The notes under the pieces: model-generated
Databases searched by the model: none
The model's input: only the letters and a program-made list of their open reading frames with translations
Told to the model about the DNA's origin: nothing
Shown here: piece by piece, positions 21,089 through 31,361 of the stretch
How positions within the stretch are numbered: position 1 is the stretch's first letter
How the letters are laid out: every line of letters starts with the position of its first letter
From: Tolypothrix carrinoi HA7290-LM1
GTDB lineage: Bacteria > Cyanobacteriota > Cyanobacteriia > Cyanobacteriales > Nostocaceae
Assembly: GCA_019358935.1 (NCBI GenBank)
Contig: JAHHIK010000008.1
Span: forward strand, 1-64,000
Length of the DNA: 64,000 bases
Direction: 5' to 3'
Made by a program: the position numbers and the translations under genes

Positions 21089-21967
21089 CTACTCCGAAAA
21101 GCGCTCAACCGAAAGAATTTCTTTGTCAATCTGCAAAATCTGACGTTCGATAGCAGCTTTAATATCTTCATTTGGAAGTAATGCAGCTTCTTTTTGATAG
21201 CGAATTCTACGCCGTTCGGATGTTGCAAGCTTAGAATTATAGATACCCAAAAAGCCTCTACCTGCGTAGGCACTCCTCGTTCTAGCATTTTTTTGGATAT
21301 CTCTCATAGTCGCTGAAATTTCACGCTTTTGTAGTTGCAACTCTTTTTTTTGCTGGCGTAGTTCCTTTAATAGTGCTTTTTGCTCTTTGGATGAATTTGG
21401 TGTAAAGTCTATGGCTTCTTGTAATTTTTCTGCCATGCTTTCTAAAATTGATTTATATTTTACCCGATAATTTTCTGCTTGTAACTTTCCAAGAAGTGGC
21501 TCATATTGATTGATTTCAGTTTCTATTCTTTGAATTGCATTAATAATTTTCTGAATTTACTGTTCAGCATGTATATCCCACTCAACAACTTCTGTAAATG
21601 TAGAAAGTCTTACAAATTCATTCATTAGCATCTGAAAGTTAGTCTCTTTTATGACTGCTTCAGCAATAGAGATAATTTTAAATACTGCTGCTGCTTTTTT
21701 CTGTTGAACTTTATTATATTCACGAGCAAAAGCTTTTCCTCCAGGTGTAAATAATACCCAAAATACTAGCCCCGATGATGCTATCAGGAAAGCCGCAGCA
21801 ATAAAAGGAGTTAAACCAACATTAAAGGTGCTTCCACTAAAGACAAGCCAACATGTAAAGATGGCTGCACAAACAATTCCAACGGTGATGATTTGAAACT
21901 GAGGCATAAAAACTTCTGCAAAATTGATAGTAACAAGAGACTCTATTTGCAGTGTTCCCCAACTCAA
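21089..21967 (-). pseudogene. Membrane-anchored coiled-coil protein gene split by one in-frame TAA at 21557-21559
   Basis: The 40 codons between the two ORFs are open and in the same frame. Confidence 0.75.
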
Positions 21968-22179
21968 GTATCAACTAACGCCCCTTCGCTAAGACTGTAC
22001 AGTAGAATTGTAGACTGTTAGGCTGGGCAGAACGAAGTGAAACCCAACAACCCAACCGACAGAGCGCTGTCTACTTGCGTTTGGATCGGTTGAAAGAGCG
22101 ATCGCACTCGTAATCCCTGCGGCTAAATGCGGTACTCAAAGCCGCTATTATCAGGTGTGTAAGTTAAACTTTTAGGAGT

Positions 22180-22373
22180 ATGGAACCCACAGATAAACAA
22201 GCCCAAGGGCTTTATCGGCTCTGCTATCGATTAACAAATGTTATCTATCCTGGGTGGCAGTATAGAAGCATTGAAATTGTCAGTTCGGGGATGAGCGTAC
22301 TGGGAATCTATACGTGCTAGCTGGAGACAACCTCGACTTTGAGATTAAACCAATAGGAGGTTACGAGCCATGA
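22180..22373 (+). pseudogene. Frameshifted small protein (DUF6888-like) coupled to downstream gene
   Basis: AGGAG RBS, MEPTDKQAQGLYRLC... continuing in another frame as DERTGNLYVLAG...YEP*, ATGA overlap at 22370. Confidence 0.65.
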
Positions 22374-22576
22374 CAACGGCAAATTATGACGCGATGAGTA
22401 TTGACGAGTTACGTCAATATATTTTGACTCACCGAGAAGATTTAGAAGCGTTTCATCTATATATAGATCGTTCCAAAGCATCGGGACGTATGATTACCAT
22501 TGACCCAGATAATAATCAGTGGGAACAAGACCTTGAATCCCAAATTCAGCAATCGACTTTCGATAAAAACGAGTAA
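22370..22576 (+). CDS. DUF6887-like small protein (putative antitoxin)
   Basis: MSIDELRQYILTHRED.EAF motif, AGGAGG RBS. Confidence 0.7.
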   Translation: MTTANYDAMSIDELRQYILTHREDLEAFHLYIDRSKASGRMITIDPDNNQWEQDLESQIQQSTFDKNE

Positions 22577-22786
22577 AATTTATTGCGACTTCGGTTTTGG
22601 TAAGCTGTAGAGTGTTAATTTAGTTTATCGATACACAACAATACGGTTTAAAGTTTACATAAAGTGCAATACGCGCTCTTTGTGTCTGTGAGGAGTGCGA
22701 CGATCGCCTTCAGACAAACAGCAAACAATTGTTATCTAGCTCTGTTAGAATGACGTGAAGGGCTTGATATTAAAGGAAGCAAGTCT

Positions 22787-23005
22787 ATGACGATAGTAAT
22801 TTCTCTCAGTCCAGAAGTCGAAGCGCGACTTCGTGAAAAAGCTGCACAAAGCGGACAGGATGTAAGTATTGTTGCAGCCCAAATGCTGGCTAGCGTTTTG
22901 GAGTGGGAAGCGCAAGACTCCCAAGAAGCTATTGAGGGTATCCAGTGTGGTTTGGATGATTTTGAGGCTGGACGATTCCGTTCTTTTGATGAGTTTGCTT
23001 TATAA
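22787..23005 (+). CDS. Putative RHH antitoxin, possibly shortened by a premature stop
   Basis: ISLSPEVEARLREKAA...GIQCGLDDFEAGR; frame continues QRRKYNL after TAA. Confidence 0.65.
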   Translation: MTIVISLSPEVEARLREKAAQSGQDVSIVAAQMLASVLEWEAQDSQEAIEGIQCGLDDFEAGRFRSFDEFAL

Positions 23006-23053
23006 CAACGTCGCAAGTATAATCTGCGCTTCCGTTCATGAAATCCCGCAATT

Positions 23054-23428
23054 TTACAATGTGTCCGACTCTATTCCTGGCAAAGGACGCATACGAATGC
23101 GGTCTTCCTCGACAACGCTAAAATTTCCAGCCCAATCACTTCGGCTAGCCAATGCAGCGACAACAATTTCACTAACCCGTGCGGAGGAGGTCATTTTGAG
23201 ACGAAATAGAATGATACCAATGGTTGCAGGCAAACCGACGCGAAAGGCTAATTCACCAAAATCTCTATCAAAAGTCAAAAGAATTCGTGACTCTGCCTGT
23301 GCCATCTCCAGAACCGTAACATCACGACTTCCCGGTGCTTCGATGCGTATCCACAGAATATCATGCCCTTGTTGACGGAGAGCTTCAACCGCTACCAAAG
23401 GAAAATTTTCGTTTGCCAAGAAGCGCAC
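23054..23428 (-). CDS. DUF5615 PIN-like protein
   Basis: MRFLANEN, RILLTFDRDFG; paired with DUF433. Confidence 0.85.
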   Translation of the reverse strand: MRFLANENFPLVAVEALRQQGHDILWIRIEAPGSRDVTVLEMAQAESRILLTFDRDFGELAFRVGLPATIGIILFRLKMTSSARVSEIVVAALASRSDWAGNFSVVEEDRIRMRPLPGIESDTL

Positions 23429-23431
23429 AAC

Positions 23432-23662
23432 TTAAACCTGTAATAAGTAAACTTTTTCAGCTTTGAGCATTACACTGGCATAGCTTAAACAAGCCTGGAT
23501 ATCTTCAACCGTTAAGCCTGGATAGTTTCTCAAAATATCTGCATGAGACCATCCTTCTGCAAGCAGGTCAATGATAAATTCTACAGCCAAGCGTGTCCCC
23601 TTGATAGTGGGTTTACCGACCAGAATCTCTGGGTCAACCACGATTCGTTCTTGCCAACTCAT
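23432..23662 (-). CDS. DUF433 protein (putative antitoxin)
   Basis: DPEILVGKPTIKGTRL...YPGLTVEDIQACL. Confidence 0.9.
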   Translation of the reverse strand: MSWQERIVVDPEILVGKPTIKGTRLAVEFIIDLLAEGWSHADILRNYPGLTVEDIQACLSYASVMLKAEKVYLLQV

Positions 23663-23718
23663 AGGATTGCCGGATTGATTGGGTTATATTTTAAGATTAC
23701 TCTGATTTGCTGCTTTAT

Positions 23719-23928
23719 TCATAGATGGCGATCGCTCCTTAGCAAAGATACAAACTCTTCCACAGCCAAACCGTCTTCTTCTAAAGCAGCAATGTATCCT
23801 GTTATAGCCTCCTTAATATTTGACAACGCTTCTTGTTTTGTTTTACCCTGGCTAACACATCCCTTCAAGCTTGGGCATTCCACAACCCAATAGTCATCCT
23901 CATCTTTGTACATAATTACTTGCCTCAT
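23719..23928 (-). CDS. HicB-family antitoxin (no adjacent hicA)
   Basis: VECPSLKGCVSQGKTKQEALSNIKEAI. Confidence 0.82.
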   Translation of the reverse strand: MRQVIMYKDEDDYWVVECPSLKGCVSQGKTKQEALSNIKEAITGYIAALEEDGLAVEEFVSLLRSDRHL

Positions 23929-24117
23929 TTCGTGCTATAAATCCTCAAACTATGGTGTCTATATATAGTAAACTTTATCCTGTAGGTTGGACTTAAACCC
24001 CCTCAACAGACATTTGCTGTAAACTTACGTTTCGGTGAGTTAAAAGAGCCAGTCTCAAGCGAACCCTCAGTCTTGTTAACTACAATATGTTTAGGAATGA
24101 GCGCAAAATGACCAAAA

Positions 24118-24184
24118 AACGAACCGCAGAGGACGCAGAGAACACAGAGGAATAAGAGTTAAAGAGAGTTTTTGCGTAAGTCCT
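24118..24184 (+). repeat. Dispersed CGCAGAG-unit repeat (AACGAACCGCAGAGGACGCAGAG...TTTGCGTAAGTCCT)
   Basis: Close copy at 30977-31044; related reverse copy at ~56830-56863. Confidence 0.8.
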
Positions 24185-24223
24185 GATGTTTATCAAATCG
24201 GCTGTTATTGGCACAAAAGTAAT

Positions 24224-24475
24224 ATGATATCACCACATTTGTTAGAAATAGAGCGTTCAATCCGTACTTTGTCTTTAGAAGAACAAGAATGGCTTCTAGA
24301 ACGTATTAAAAGACAAGTGCAAGAAAAGAAGCTAATAGCATATAAATTTATTGATAAAAAATATATGAATGAACAGTTAGCGGCAATGGCTAACGATTTA
24401 GATATACAAACAGAAATTGCTGAAATCAATGAGGAATTTACTGTCACTGAAATGGATGGTCTAAAAAAAGTGTGA
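24224..24475 (+). CDS. Hypothetical protein, antitoxin-like
   Basis: EIERSIRTLSLEEQEWLLE...LAAMANDLDIQTEI; located in TA cluster. Confidence 0.6.
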   Translation: MISPHLLEIERSIRTLSLEEQEWLLERIKRQVQEKKLIAYKFIDKKYMNEQLAAMANDLDIQTEIAEINEEFTVTEMDGLKKV

Positions 24476-24520
24476 GTAGTGTTAAATTTAGATTATCACC
24501 GTTAATTGCAGGTAATACAA

Positions 24521-25042
24521 ATGACACAAGAATTAATCGAACTAAGAAATAGTATCCTGGAAGGAAGATACGTAGATGCTTTGGTGATTGTTGATGAATT
24601 AGAGGGAATGAGTAAACAAGCTATTCTGCGTCATATTCAATCTTATTTAAACATTCTGTTGATTCATTTGGTAAAAAACCAAATAGAACAGCGATTAACT
24701 GGTTCTGGGGAAAATTCTATTCGCAATTCAATCAGAGAAATTAAAAAGTTAAATATCAAAGATAATAAAACATCTTACTACATCAATCAAGATGAATGGG
24801 AAACGTTTATAGACGAGGAAGTAATTGAAGATGCTATAGCTGATGCAAGTCTGGAAGTTTTTAACGGAAAATATACTCGCTCTCAACTATCAGCAATTCT
24901 GGATAGAAAGCAGATTTTAACTACAACAACTAGGTTTCTGGCTTTAACATATACTTATTCGGCAAAAGAATTACCAGCGATTATGGATGATTATCTAGCT
25001 CAATTAGCTGGTGGGGAAGATTGGATAAATAGGAAAAGTTAA
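24521..25042 (+). CDS. DUF29 family protein (start reassigned to ATG 24521)
   Basis: ELEGMSK...IQSYLNILLIHL...SIRNS. Confidence 0.75.
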   Translation: MTQELIELRNSILEGRYVDALVIVDELEGMSKQAILRHIQSYLNILLIHLVKNQIEQRLTGSGENSIRNSIREIKKLNIKDNKTSYYINQDEWETFIDEEVIEDAIADASLEVFNGKYTRSQLSAILDRKQILTTTTRFLALTYTYSAKELPAIMDDYLAQLAGGEDWINRKS

Positions 25043-25150
25043 AGAGCGATCGCTTCAATCATCACTCAGAAATAAATATCTGCGATCGCCACGCGCAGAC
25101 AAAGCCAAAGTACGCAAAAATCAAAAAAGAGACGCGCTGATAAAACAACA

Positions 25151-25468
25151 ATGACTGAAGCAAAACCAACGCGCACAGCACGACGAGGAAGAATATTCCC
25201 AGAAATTCAGTGGACGGAAGAACAGAAAGCCAAACGACAAGCTGAACGTGAGGCATTTTATCAACGCTGCAAACCGATTTTCGACAAGGTTCAACCAGAG
25301 TTAATTAAAACTCACTACAACTGGTACATAACTGTTGAACCGAATAGTGGAGATTATTTCATTGATAAAGATGAAATTGCGGTTATGAATATGTGTCGTC
25401 AAAAGCACCCTAACGCTCCTTTTTATCTCTTCCAGATTAATGAGACTGGGGTATCTGGAACAATATGA
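25151..25468 (+). CDS. Small protein coupled to aspartyl protease gene (DUF5678-like)
   Basis: HYNWYITVEPNSGDYFIDKD; ATGA overlap with next gene. Confidence 0.7.
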   Translation: MTEAKPTRTARRGRIFPEIQWTEEQKAKRQAEREAFYQRCKPIFDKVQPELIKTHYNWYITVEPNSGDYFIDKDEIAVMNMCRQKHPNAPFYLFQINETGVSGTI

Positions 25469-25830
25469 TTGAGGGCTGGTTTGGTGAAAGAGATGAGTTG
25501 TTTTTTGAGATTGAACTGATTGCTGGTGATGAATTAGAGCTGCCAATTGATGTAATGCTAGATACAGGCTTCTCTGGCTGGCTGGTAATTGATGAACAAG
25601 ACTTACAAGGACTTGATTGGACTCGTGTTGGTGAACGAGATATGCGAATGGCAAGAGGAGAAGTTAAATTTGATATCTATGCCGGAAAAGTCCGAATTGA
25701 TGAAAATGAATTTGATATTCCCGTTCATGTAGGACAAGGAGTGTCAGAAGTTTTACTTGGTCGTCAGTGGTTAAAAACTCGTCGCTTATTAGTGGATATG
25801 GCTTCGGGAGTGTTAACCTTAGGAAATTAA
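25465..25830 (+). CDS. Clan AA (retropepsin-like) aspartyl protease
   Basis: MLDTGF catalytic motif and LLGRQWL. Confidence 0.85.
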   Translation: MIEGWFGERDELFFEIELIAGDELELPIDVMLDTGFSGWLVIDEQDLQGLDWTRVGERDMRMARGEVKFDIYAGKVRIDENEFDIPVHVGQGVSEVLLGRQWLKTRRLLVDMASGVLTLGN

Positions 25831-25921
25831 TTGTACTATGCGTAGCTTTCCTTGAGTCAGATAGCTATTTTTAAGACAAGGCTTGTCAATATCAAACTGA
25901 ACATCCATAATCTAAAGTGAT

Positions 25922-26422
25922 ATGAGGAGTCGGAAAATGAAGCATCTTCCGTATTTAGTGTCAGTAGTTCTGGCTAGTTCATTTTTGAGTTTTGCCCAAC
26001 CAGCACAAGCTCAAGTAGCTTATGGTAGCTATGTCGGTGTCGGTCCGACTGTTGGTCTTTCAGACGGTGGTCAAATTGGCGGAGTTCTTGCTTTCCGCTA
26101 CAAGCTTTTAGAAACTCCTGTTTCTTTTCGCGCACAAGCTTTAGTTGGTCAAAGTACAGCAGTTGTGCCCACTGTTTCCTACGACTTGCCCCTAAACTGG
26201 CAAACTGACGCTTATTTGGGTGCTGGTTTGGTGCTGGCAGGTGGTGATACACCTTCACCAGTAGGCAATAAAATCAGCTTTGCTTTGCAACCGGGAGTTG
26301 ATTATGTCGTCCCGAATAGCAACACGGTGATTTTTGGTAACGCCATTATTGCCTTTGATGCTTACCGCGATGGTGGGGGTACTGCTCTTTCTGTGCAGGG
26401 CGGTGTCGGTTTAAGATTTTAA
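25922..26422 (+). CDS. Exported protein, probable small outer-membrane beta-barrel
   Basis: Signal peptide ending AQA, alternating beta-strands, C-terminal GVGLRF. Confidence 0.7.
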   Translation: MRSRKMKHLPYLVSVVLASSFLSFAQPAQAQVAYGSYVGVGPTVGLSDGGQIGGVLAFRYKLLETPVSFRAQALVGQSTAVVPTVSYDLPLNWQTDAYLGAGLVLAGGDTPSPVGNKISFALQPGVDYVVPNSNTVIFGNAIIAFDAYRDGGGTALSVQGGVGLRF

Positions 26423-26503
26423 ATAGTAATAATACGTACATAATTACATTCCCAAGTTTTTAATAAACGTGGGATTTTTGCTTGACATAAGTTAGTTCTT
26501 GTG

Positions 26504-27502
26504 CTATGGTGTGATGCCAAATTTGCCTTTGGAGTCAAAAAGGCGATCGCTAACTGAATTGACGATTCTTCTGACAAAGAAGATACGACAAGCAATTTTT
26601 TCGGCTCTCCGAAAGCCACAAATATTTTGAGCAAATTTATAAACTGCCTTTGTACTATTTACCTTAAAATCAGGAAAGATAGTTAAAGCTTTTTCTAAAT
26701 ATTGTAAGTATTGTGAATAGTCAAAAAACAAAGATTCTCGACCCAAATCAAAATAAGATTTAGCTAAAGCATAGCGATACTTAATTGAAAGTTTTTTCAA
26801 GTTTAATAGCTTTTTTTCTGCCTTTTCTAATACTAAATAGTGGCTTTTTACCCATAAACTTGTAGACCAACTAGAAACTGTTACATTACCGTATCGTCTA
26901 TAAACTGAATAGCAACCTGGTTGATATACAACTTTGGCATCATTGATTACCACTGAAATGAAAAAATCTCTATCTTGTGCAGCCAGGAAACTTTCATCCC
27001 ATCCACCACTATTTATTACTGCGCTTCTTTTATAAAGTAAAGAAGCAACAGCTGTCCACCAATTTGTTAGTAATGACTCTAAAATGTCTACTTGCGCTTT
27101 AGGAACCTGTATTTTATCCAAAAAACTTGTTCCATTATAATGATGTTGATGTCTCCAATCACCATAAACAACATCTGCGCCGGTTTCCTCTAAAAAACGA
27201 ACTTGCCTTTCTATTTTTTCCGGCAAAATATAGTCATCCGCATCTAGGTACTGAATATAGTCTCCTTTTGATAAAACAAAAGCTCTATTTCTCGCATGAT
27301 TTCCTCCTTGATGAGGCAGACTTTCCCAGATAATTTTATTTCCATAACTTTTGATAATCTCTAAAGACTTGTCAGTTGAGCCATCATCAATTACAATAAT
27401 TTCGATGTTTGGATAAGTTTGTTGCAAGCAGCTATCAATTGCTTCTGCCAACCATCTTTCCGCATTAAAGCAGGGTATTATTACTGAAACAAGTTTTTCC
27501 AT
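26504..27502 (-). CDS. Glycosyltransferase family 2
   Basis: VSVIIPCFN, IDDGSTD, YLDADD, QDRD. Confidence 0.92.
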   Translation of the reverse strand: MEKLVSVIIPCFNAERWLAEAIDSCLQQTYPNIEIIVIDDGSTDKSLEIIKSYGNKIIWESLPHQGGNHARNRAFVLSKGDYIQYLDADDYILPEKIERQVRFLEETGADVVYGDWRHQHHYNGTSFLDKIQVPKAQVDILESLLTNWWTAVASLLYKRSAVINSGGWDESFLAAQDRDFFISVVINDAKVVYQPGCYSVYRRYGNVTVSSWSTSLWVKSHYLVLEKAEKKLLNLKKLSIKYRYALAKSYFDLGRESLFFDYSQYLQYLEKALTIFPDFKVNSTKAVYKFAQNICGFRRAEKIACRIFFVRRIVNSVSDRLFDSKGKFGITP

Positions 27503-27608
27503 TTTTATTTACTTCAATGTAATAAAACAACTAGCTTTCACAACCATTACAGTCATGTCGGTTACTCGTTAAAGTGCTATATGTAGAATTACCCTGGAAA
27601 CTTGAATT

Positions 27609-28883
27609 TTATGCATTATCTACCTTACTGACAACTTGCCATTTACGTGGTTGATAAAATAAACATCGGCTGATAGTTTTGTTTGTTTTTACAGTGAATC
27701 TAAAAGAATCAACAATATCAAAGGAGTAAACACCTTTTCTAATGTAGATTTTGGCACTGTATACACCAGGAATTAAAGAACAGTAAGGCATATACATTTG
27801 GATTTCTGATTTTCCCGGAGGTATAGTTAGTTCTTCATTGTCACTACTGGATGTTAAATATAAAACTAGACCATTTTCTCCTGATAGCGCTGTCACTAAA
27901 AGACCGAGATTTGCATTTTTCACCTCCTTATAAGCTTTGCATTCGACGCATAAATAAGCAGACTCACCAGAAAGCAGCGTGTCTATTGCTTTTTGTTGTT
28001 CATCTTTAAAACTAAGAGAAACAATATCTAAACCTAAACTTTCTTTTTCTGGCTTTTCAGGTAAAATCATTTTACCTAAAGCATTTTCTGTGCCAATTAA
28101 ACACAAGTCTTCTTCATATTTACGAATTACGGCTTCAGTACTTCCAAAAGCGATTAACTGACCTTTGGAAAGATATACTGAAGATTCACATATATTTAAT
28201 ACGCTATGAGAGTTATGAGAAACTAATATAAAAGCTGTACCTTTTTCTCGCATTTTAGATAACTTGCGGTGGCACTTCATTTTAAATTTAATATCACCTA
28301 CAGCTAGCACTTCATCGATTAATAAAATATCTGGTTCTATATGAACTGCACAAGCAAATCCCAGTCTTGCAGCCATACCAGAACTATAAGTTTGTACCGG
28401 CGCATCAATCGCATCGGCAATTTCGGCAAAATCTATCACATCTTTAAATCTCTCTTCGATTTCTTTAGTTGATAAACCGAGAATTGACATATTTGCATAT
28501 ATATTTTCTCGACCGGTGAGAATAGGATTAAACCCGGCTCCTAATGCAATTAATGGTGCTACTTTTCCCCTAACTTTCACGCAGCCACTATCAGGTTTTA
28601 TCAAACCACTAATAATTCTCAGTAGCGTACTTTTACCGGCTCCATTTGAGCCTACTAACCCTAATGCTTCTCCTCGTCGCAGTTGAAAGCTGAGATTATT
28701 CAGTGCCCAAAATTCTTTTGGACGAAGAGTTTCGCTTTTTCGATTTGCTCCTACTAATTCAGTGGCAATATCTTGAACACCATATAATAAAGAGCGTTTT
28801 AAATCTCTACAAAACTTTTTAGAAAGGTTTTCAACCGAAATAACTACATCAGTATCTTTCGTTTGTTCTTTTAAATTAGTCAT
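27609..28883 (-). CDS. wzt: Polysaccharide ABC exporter ATPase with C-terminal Wzt domain
   Basis: GSNGAGKST, YSSGMAARLGF, IDEVLAVGD. Confidence 0.88.
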   Translation of the reverse strand: MTNLKEQTKDTDVVISVENLSKKFCRDLKRSLLYGVQDIATELVGANRKSETLRPKEFWALNNLSFQLRRGEALGLVGSNGAGKSTLLRIISGLIKPDSGCVKVRGKVAPLIALGAGFNPILTGRENIYANMSILGLSTKEIEERFKDVIDFAEIADAIDAPVQTYSSGMAARLGFACAVHIEPDILLIDEVLAVGDIKFKMKCHRKLSKMREKGTAFILVSHNSHSVLNICESSVYLSKGQLIAFGSTEAVIRKYEEDLCLIGTENALGKMILPEKPEKESLGLDIVSLSFKDEQQKAIDTLLSGESAYLCVECKAYKEVKNANLGLLVTALSGENGLVLYLTSSSDNEELTIPPGKSEIQMYMPYCSLIPGVYSAKIYIRKGVYSFDIVDSFRFTVKTNKTISRCLFYQPRKWQVVSKVDNA

Positions 28884-28885
28884 TT

Positions 28886-29758
28886 TTAAGAACTCACTCT
28901 CTCAACCACATAAGGCATAGCTAGACGAAATCCAATCCAAGTTAACAGCAAACCAACTATAGTAATTACACTTACTATCCAAAATCGCCAAGGATCTGAG
29001 ACTACTCCTGTAGTGGCTAACTCTCGCGCTGTTACTAATAAAGGTGTAACGGGATTTAGCTTTACTAAAAACCCAAAAGTTCCAGCGCTGGGAATTGGAT
29101 AAACTACGGGAGTTAAAAACAACCAAAAGCCTGTAAATAAAGTTAATGCCTTAGATACATCTTGATATAAAACACCGAATGGAGCTAATAAAATGCCGAT
29201 AAATGTCCCTAATAAAACTAAATGAATTAATGCCACTGGAGCTAAAATTACTGTCCAGCTAACCGAGACGCGAAACCAAATAAACAACGCTACTATTAAA
29301 ATCAGCTTGATAGCAAAGTTAAAAAATACTTCACCCATCTTTGCCAAAATCAATGCTTCTCTAGGAAAGTTGACTCGCGCTAACATCGGTTTTGCGACTG
29401 TCACCGCTTGTATTGGACCGTTTAAAGCTTCAACAAAAGTTTGCCACAATGCAGTGCTGAACATGACATAAGCTGGATAGGGTAAATCAGTTTTGCCAAC
29501 ATTAATTACATTGGCATTACTAGCAAGAGTAAATCCAGTTGCCATGAAAATTGGCGGTAAAAAAGCCCAAATTATTCCTAAAAATGATTGCCGATATTGA
29601 GCGCTGATATCCCGCATCATTAAGCGTCGAGCAAGTTCGCGAGAAGCTAATAAATCTCGCCACATTTGTTGGAATAATTTTAAAGGATGTTTGAGCAGAC
29701 TTTCGGGTGTATAAATAACCTCAGATAGCTGAGATTTAAGGGTATTATTTTGCTTCAA
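28886..29758 (-). CDS. wzm: Polysaccharide ABC exporter permease
   Basis: RDISAQYRQSFLG, FLTPVVYP, LNPVT; ABC-2 membrane pattern. Confidence 0.88.
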   Translation of the reverse strand: MKQNNTLKSQLSEVIYTPESLLKHPLKLFQQMWRDLLASRELARRLMMRDISAQYRQSFLGIIWAFLPPIFMATGFTLASNANVINVGKTDLPYPAYVMFSTALWQTFVEALNGPIQAVTVAKPMLARVNFPREALILAKMGEVFFNFAIKLILIVALFIWFRVSVSWTVILAPVALIHLVLLGTFIGILLAPFGVLYQDVSKALTLFTGFWLFLTPVVYPIPSAGTFGFLVKLNPVTPLLVTARELATTGVVSDPWRFWIVSVITIVGLLLTWIGFRLAMPYVVERVSS

Positions 29759-29796
29759 AATTTCTCACTCCTTGCGGCAAAGAATGCACATATACG

Positions 29797-30855
29797 TTAT
29801 CTTTGCGAAGCCGCGATCGCGGACTTTACAGGCTGTAATGATTGATTTTGCAGGTTTTGAAGATGTTTTTGGGCGTAGCGATCGCTTAAATAACGATTGA
29901 GTATACGATCTAATTTCATTAGCAAACTCTCTACGCGGTAAACTCTCCGCCCAAAAACACTTTTAATTAAAGGAGCAATAATTGTATCACGCCGTCTTCT
30001 TCCTAAAGTGTCGTACCTTTTTTGAAAGTACTCGTCTTCGGTTAAATTCCACTTATCGCGTAAATGTTTGAGGCTAGACAGTTCCCACGCATCGCTCCAA
30101 CGCAACATGTAAAAATGTAAGTCTGTCCACTTTAAAGGTGGTCCCGGTACGTATGTAGTCAGAGATTCGGGTTCTAAATAAATCGAACCACCTGCTTCGG
30201 TAACAAGCATACACAAATCTACGTGTTCTTTGGTATTCATTAATTTCTCATCTAACACGCCGATTTGCTTGAATATTTCTGTACGTACAATCATGCAGTG
30301 AAACTCTGCAAGCCCGGTTTTTTGCCGTTGCAGTTGAGGAAGAATATCCTCAACTATTCGTCCTTGTTTATAAATTTTTTCTATTATTTTGCGTCTGGTT
30401 TTATCGCCTTTAATTTCCACTTTTACTCCAGATTCTCCACCTGCACAATGCACTTCTGAATGTAGTGGTAGGTTCTGACAAATTAAGGGACTAACTACGG
30501 TGGCTTTGGTTTCTTCTGCACAATTTACTAACGTCTTTAACCAACCTGGAGTAACTATTACGTCGTTATCCATGAATACAACATATTTGCTGTTGACTTG
30601 ACGCAAGCCTAAATTTCTAGCGCGGTTGGGGGAAAGGTAGTAATCGGTACGAATCAGTTGAAATTGTTTTTCTTGCGCTTGTTCTTCGAGATAACGCTGG
30701 ATATCAGATGGTGAATTCCCATCTACATAAATTAATTTGAATGGATATTCTGTATTTTGGTAAAAGCTTTCTAAAGATTCACGAGTGTAGCTAAAACGCT
30801 CTCTTGGAGCAATAATAATTGTAACTTCTGGGTCGGCAATTGCGGGTATATTCAT
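29797..30855 (-). CDS. Glycosyltransferase family 2
   Basis: YVDGNS, NRARNLG, FMDND, EHVD. Confidence 0.85.
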   Translation of the reverse strand: MNIPAIADPEVTIIIAPRERFSYTRESLESFYQNTEYPFKLIYVDGNSPSDIQRYLEEQAQEKQFQLIRTDYYLSPNRARNLGLRQVNSKYVVFMDNDVIVTPGWLKTLVNCAEETKATVVSPLICQNLPLHSEVHCAGGESGVKVEIKGDKTRRKIIEKIYKQGRIVEDILPQLQRQKTGLAEFHCMIVRTEIFKQIGVLDEKLMNTKEHVDLCMLVTEAGGSIYLEPESLTTYVPGPPLKWTDLHFYMLRWSDAWELSSLKHLRDKWNLTEDEYFQKRYDTLGRRRRDTIIAPLIKSVFGRRVYRVESLLMKLDRILNRYLSDRYAQKHLQNLQNQSLQPVKSAIAASQR

Positions 30856-31131
30856 TTTGAAATCCTCGTGAAAGCAATTAAATTAGGTTTGGTTAAAAGG
30901 AGTTATGTAGAATGCACTTATTTGAGTTGTGGCTGTAGTTCGTTTTTATGGCAGGATTTAGGCACGAGTCATGAGTAACGAACCGCAGAGGACGCAGAGG
31001 ACACGGAGGAATGAGAGGAGCGAGAGGTATTTTGCGTAAGTCCTGTATGATAAACTGGCGTATTTAGGATTTGCTAATGTATCTAGACATTTTTGGCTAG
31101 GTTGTAAATTATTAGTTGTAACTTGGCGGTA

Positions 31132-31361
31132 TTACACTAGTTCATGATTAAGCTTGCTGATATCGTAGTGCTTTTCCACATAAGCGCGATTGATGCTACC
31201 CATTTGTTGCCATTGTGGATGTTTGATGAGATAGTTTACCTTTTCTGACATGGGATTAGCATCTTCCTTTGGTACAAGAAAATCAAAAATATTATGTTCT
31301 ATTAATTCGGGAATACCAGCGTGTAGAGTTACTATAACTGGCAACCCTATTGCGATCGCTT
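31132..31361 (-). pseudogene. Diverged tandem duplicate of the 3' end of the adjacent GT4 gene
   Basis: GLPVIVTLHAGIPELI...RAYVEKHYDISKLNHELV versus GLPVIGTLHGGIPELV...RAYVEKHYDINKLNDELV. Confidence 0.85.
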
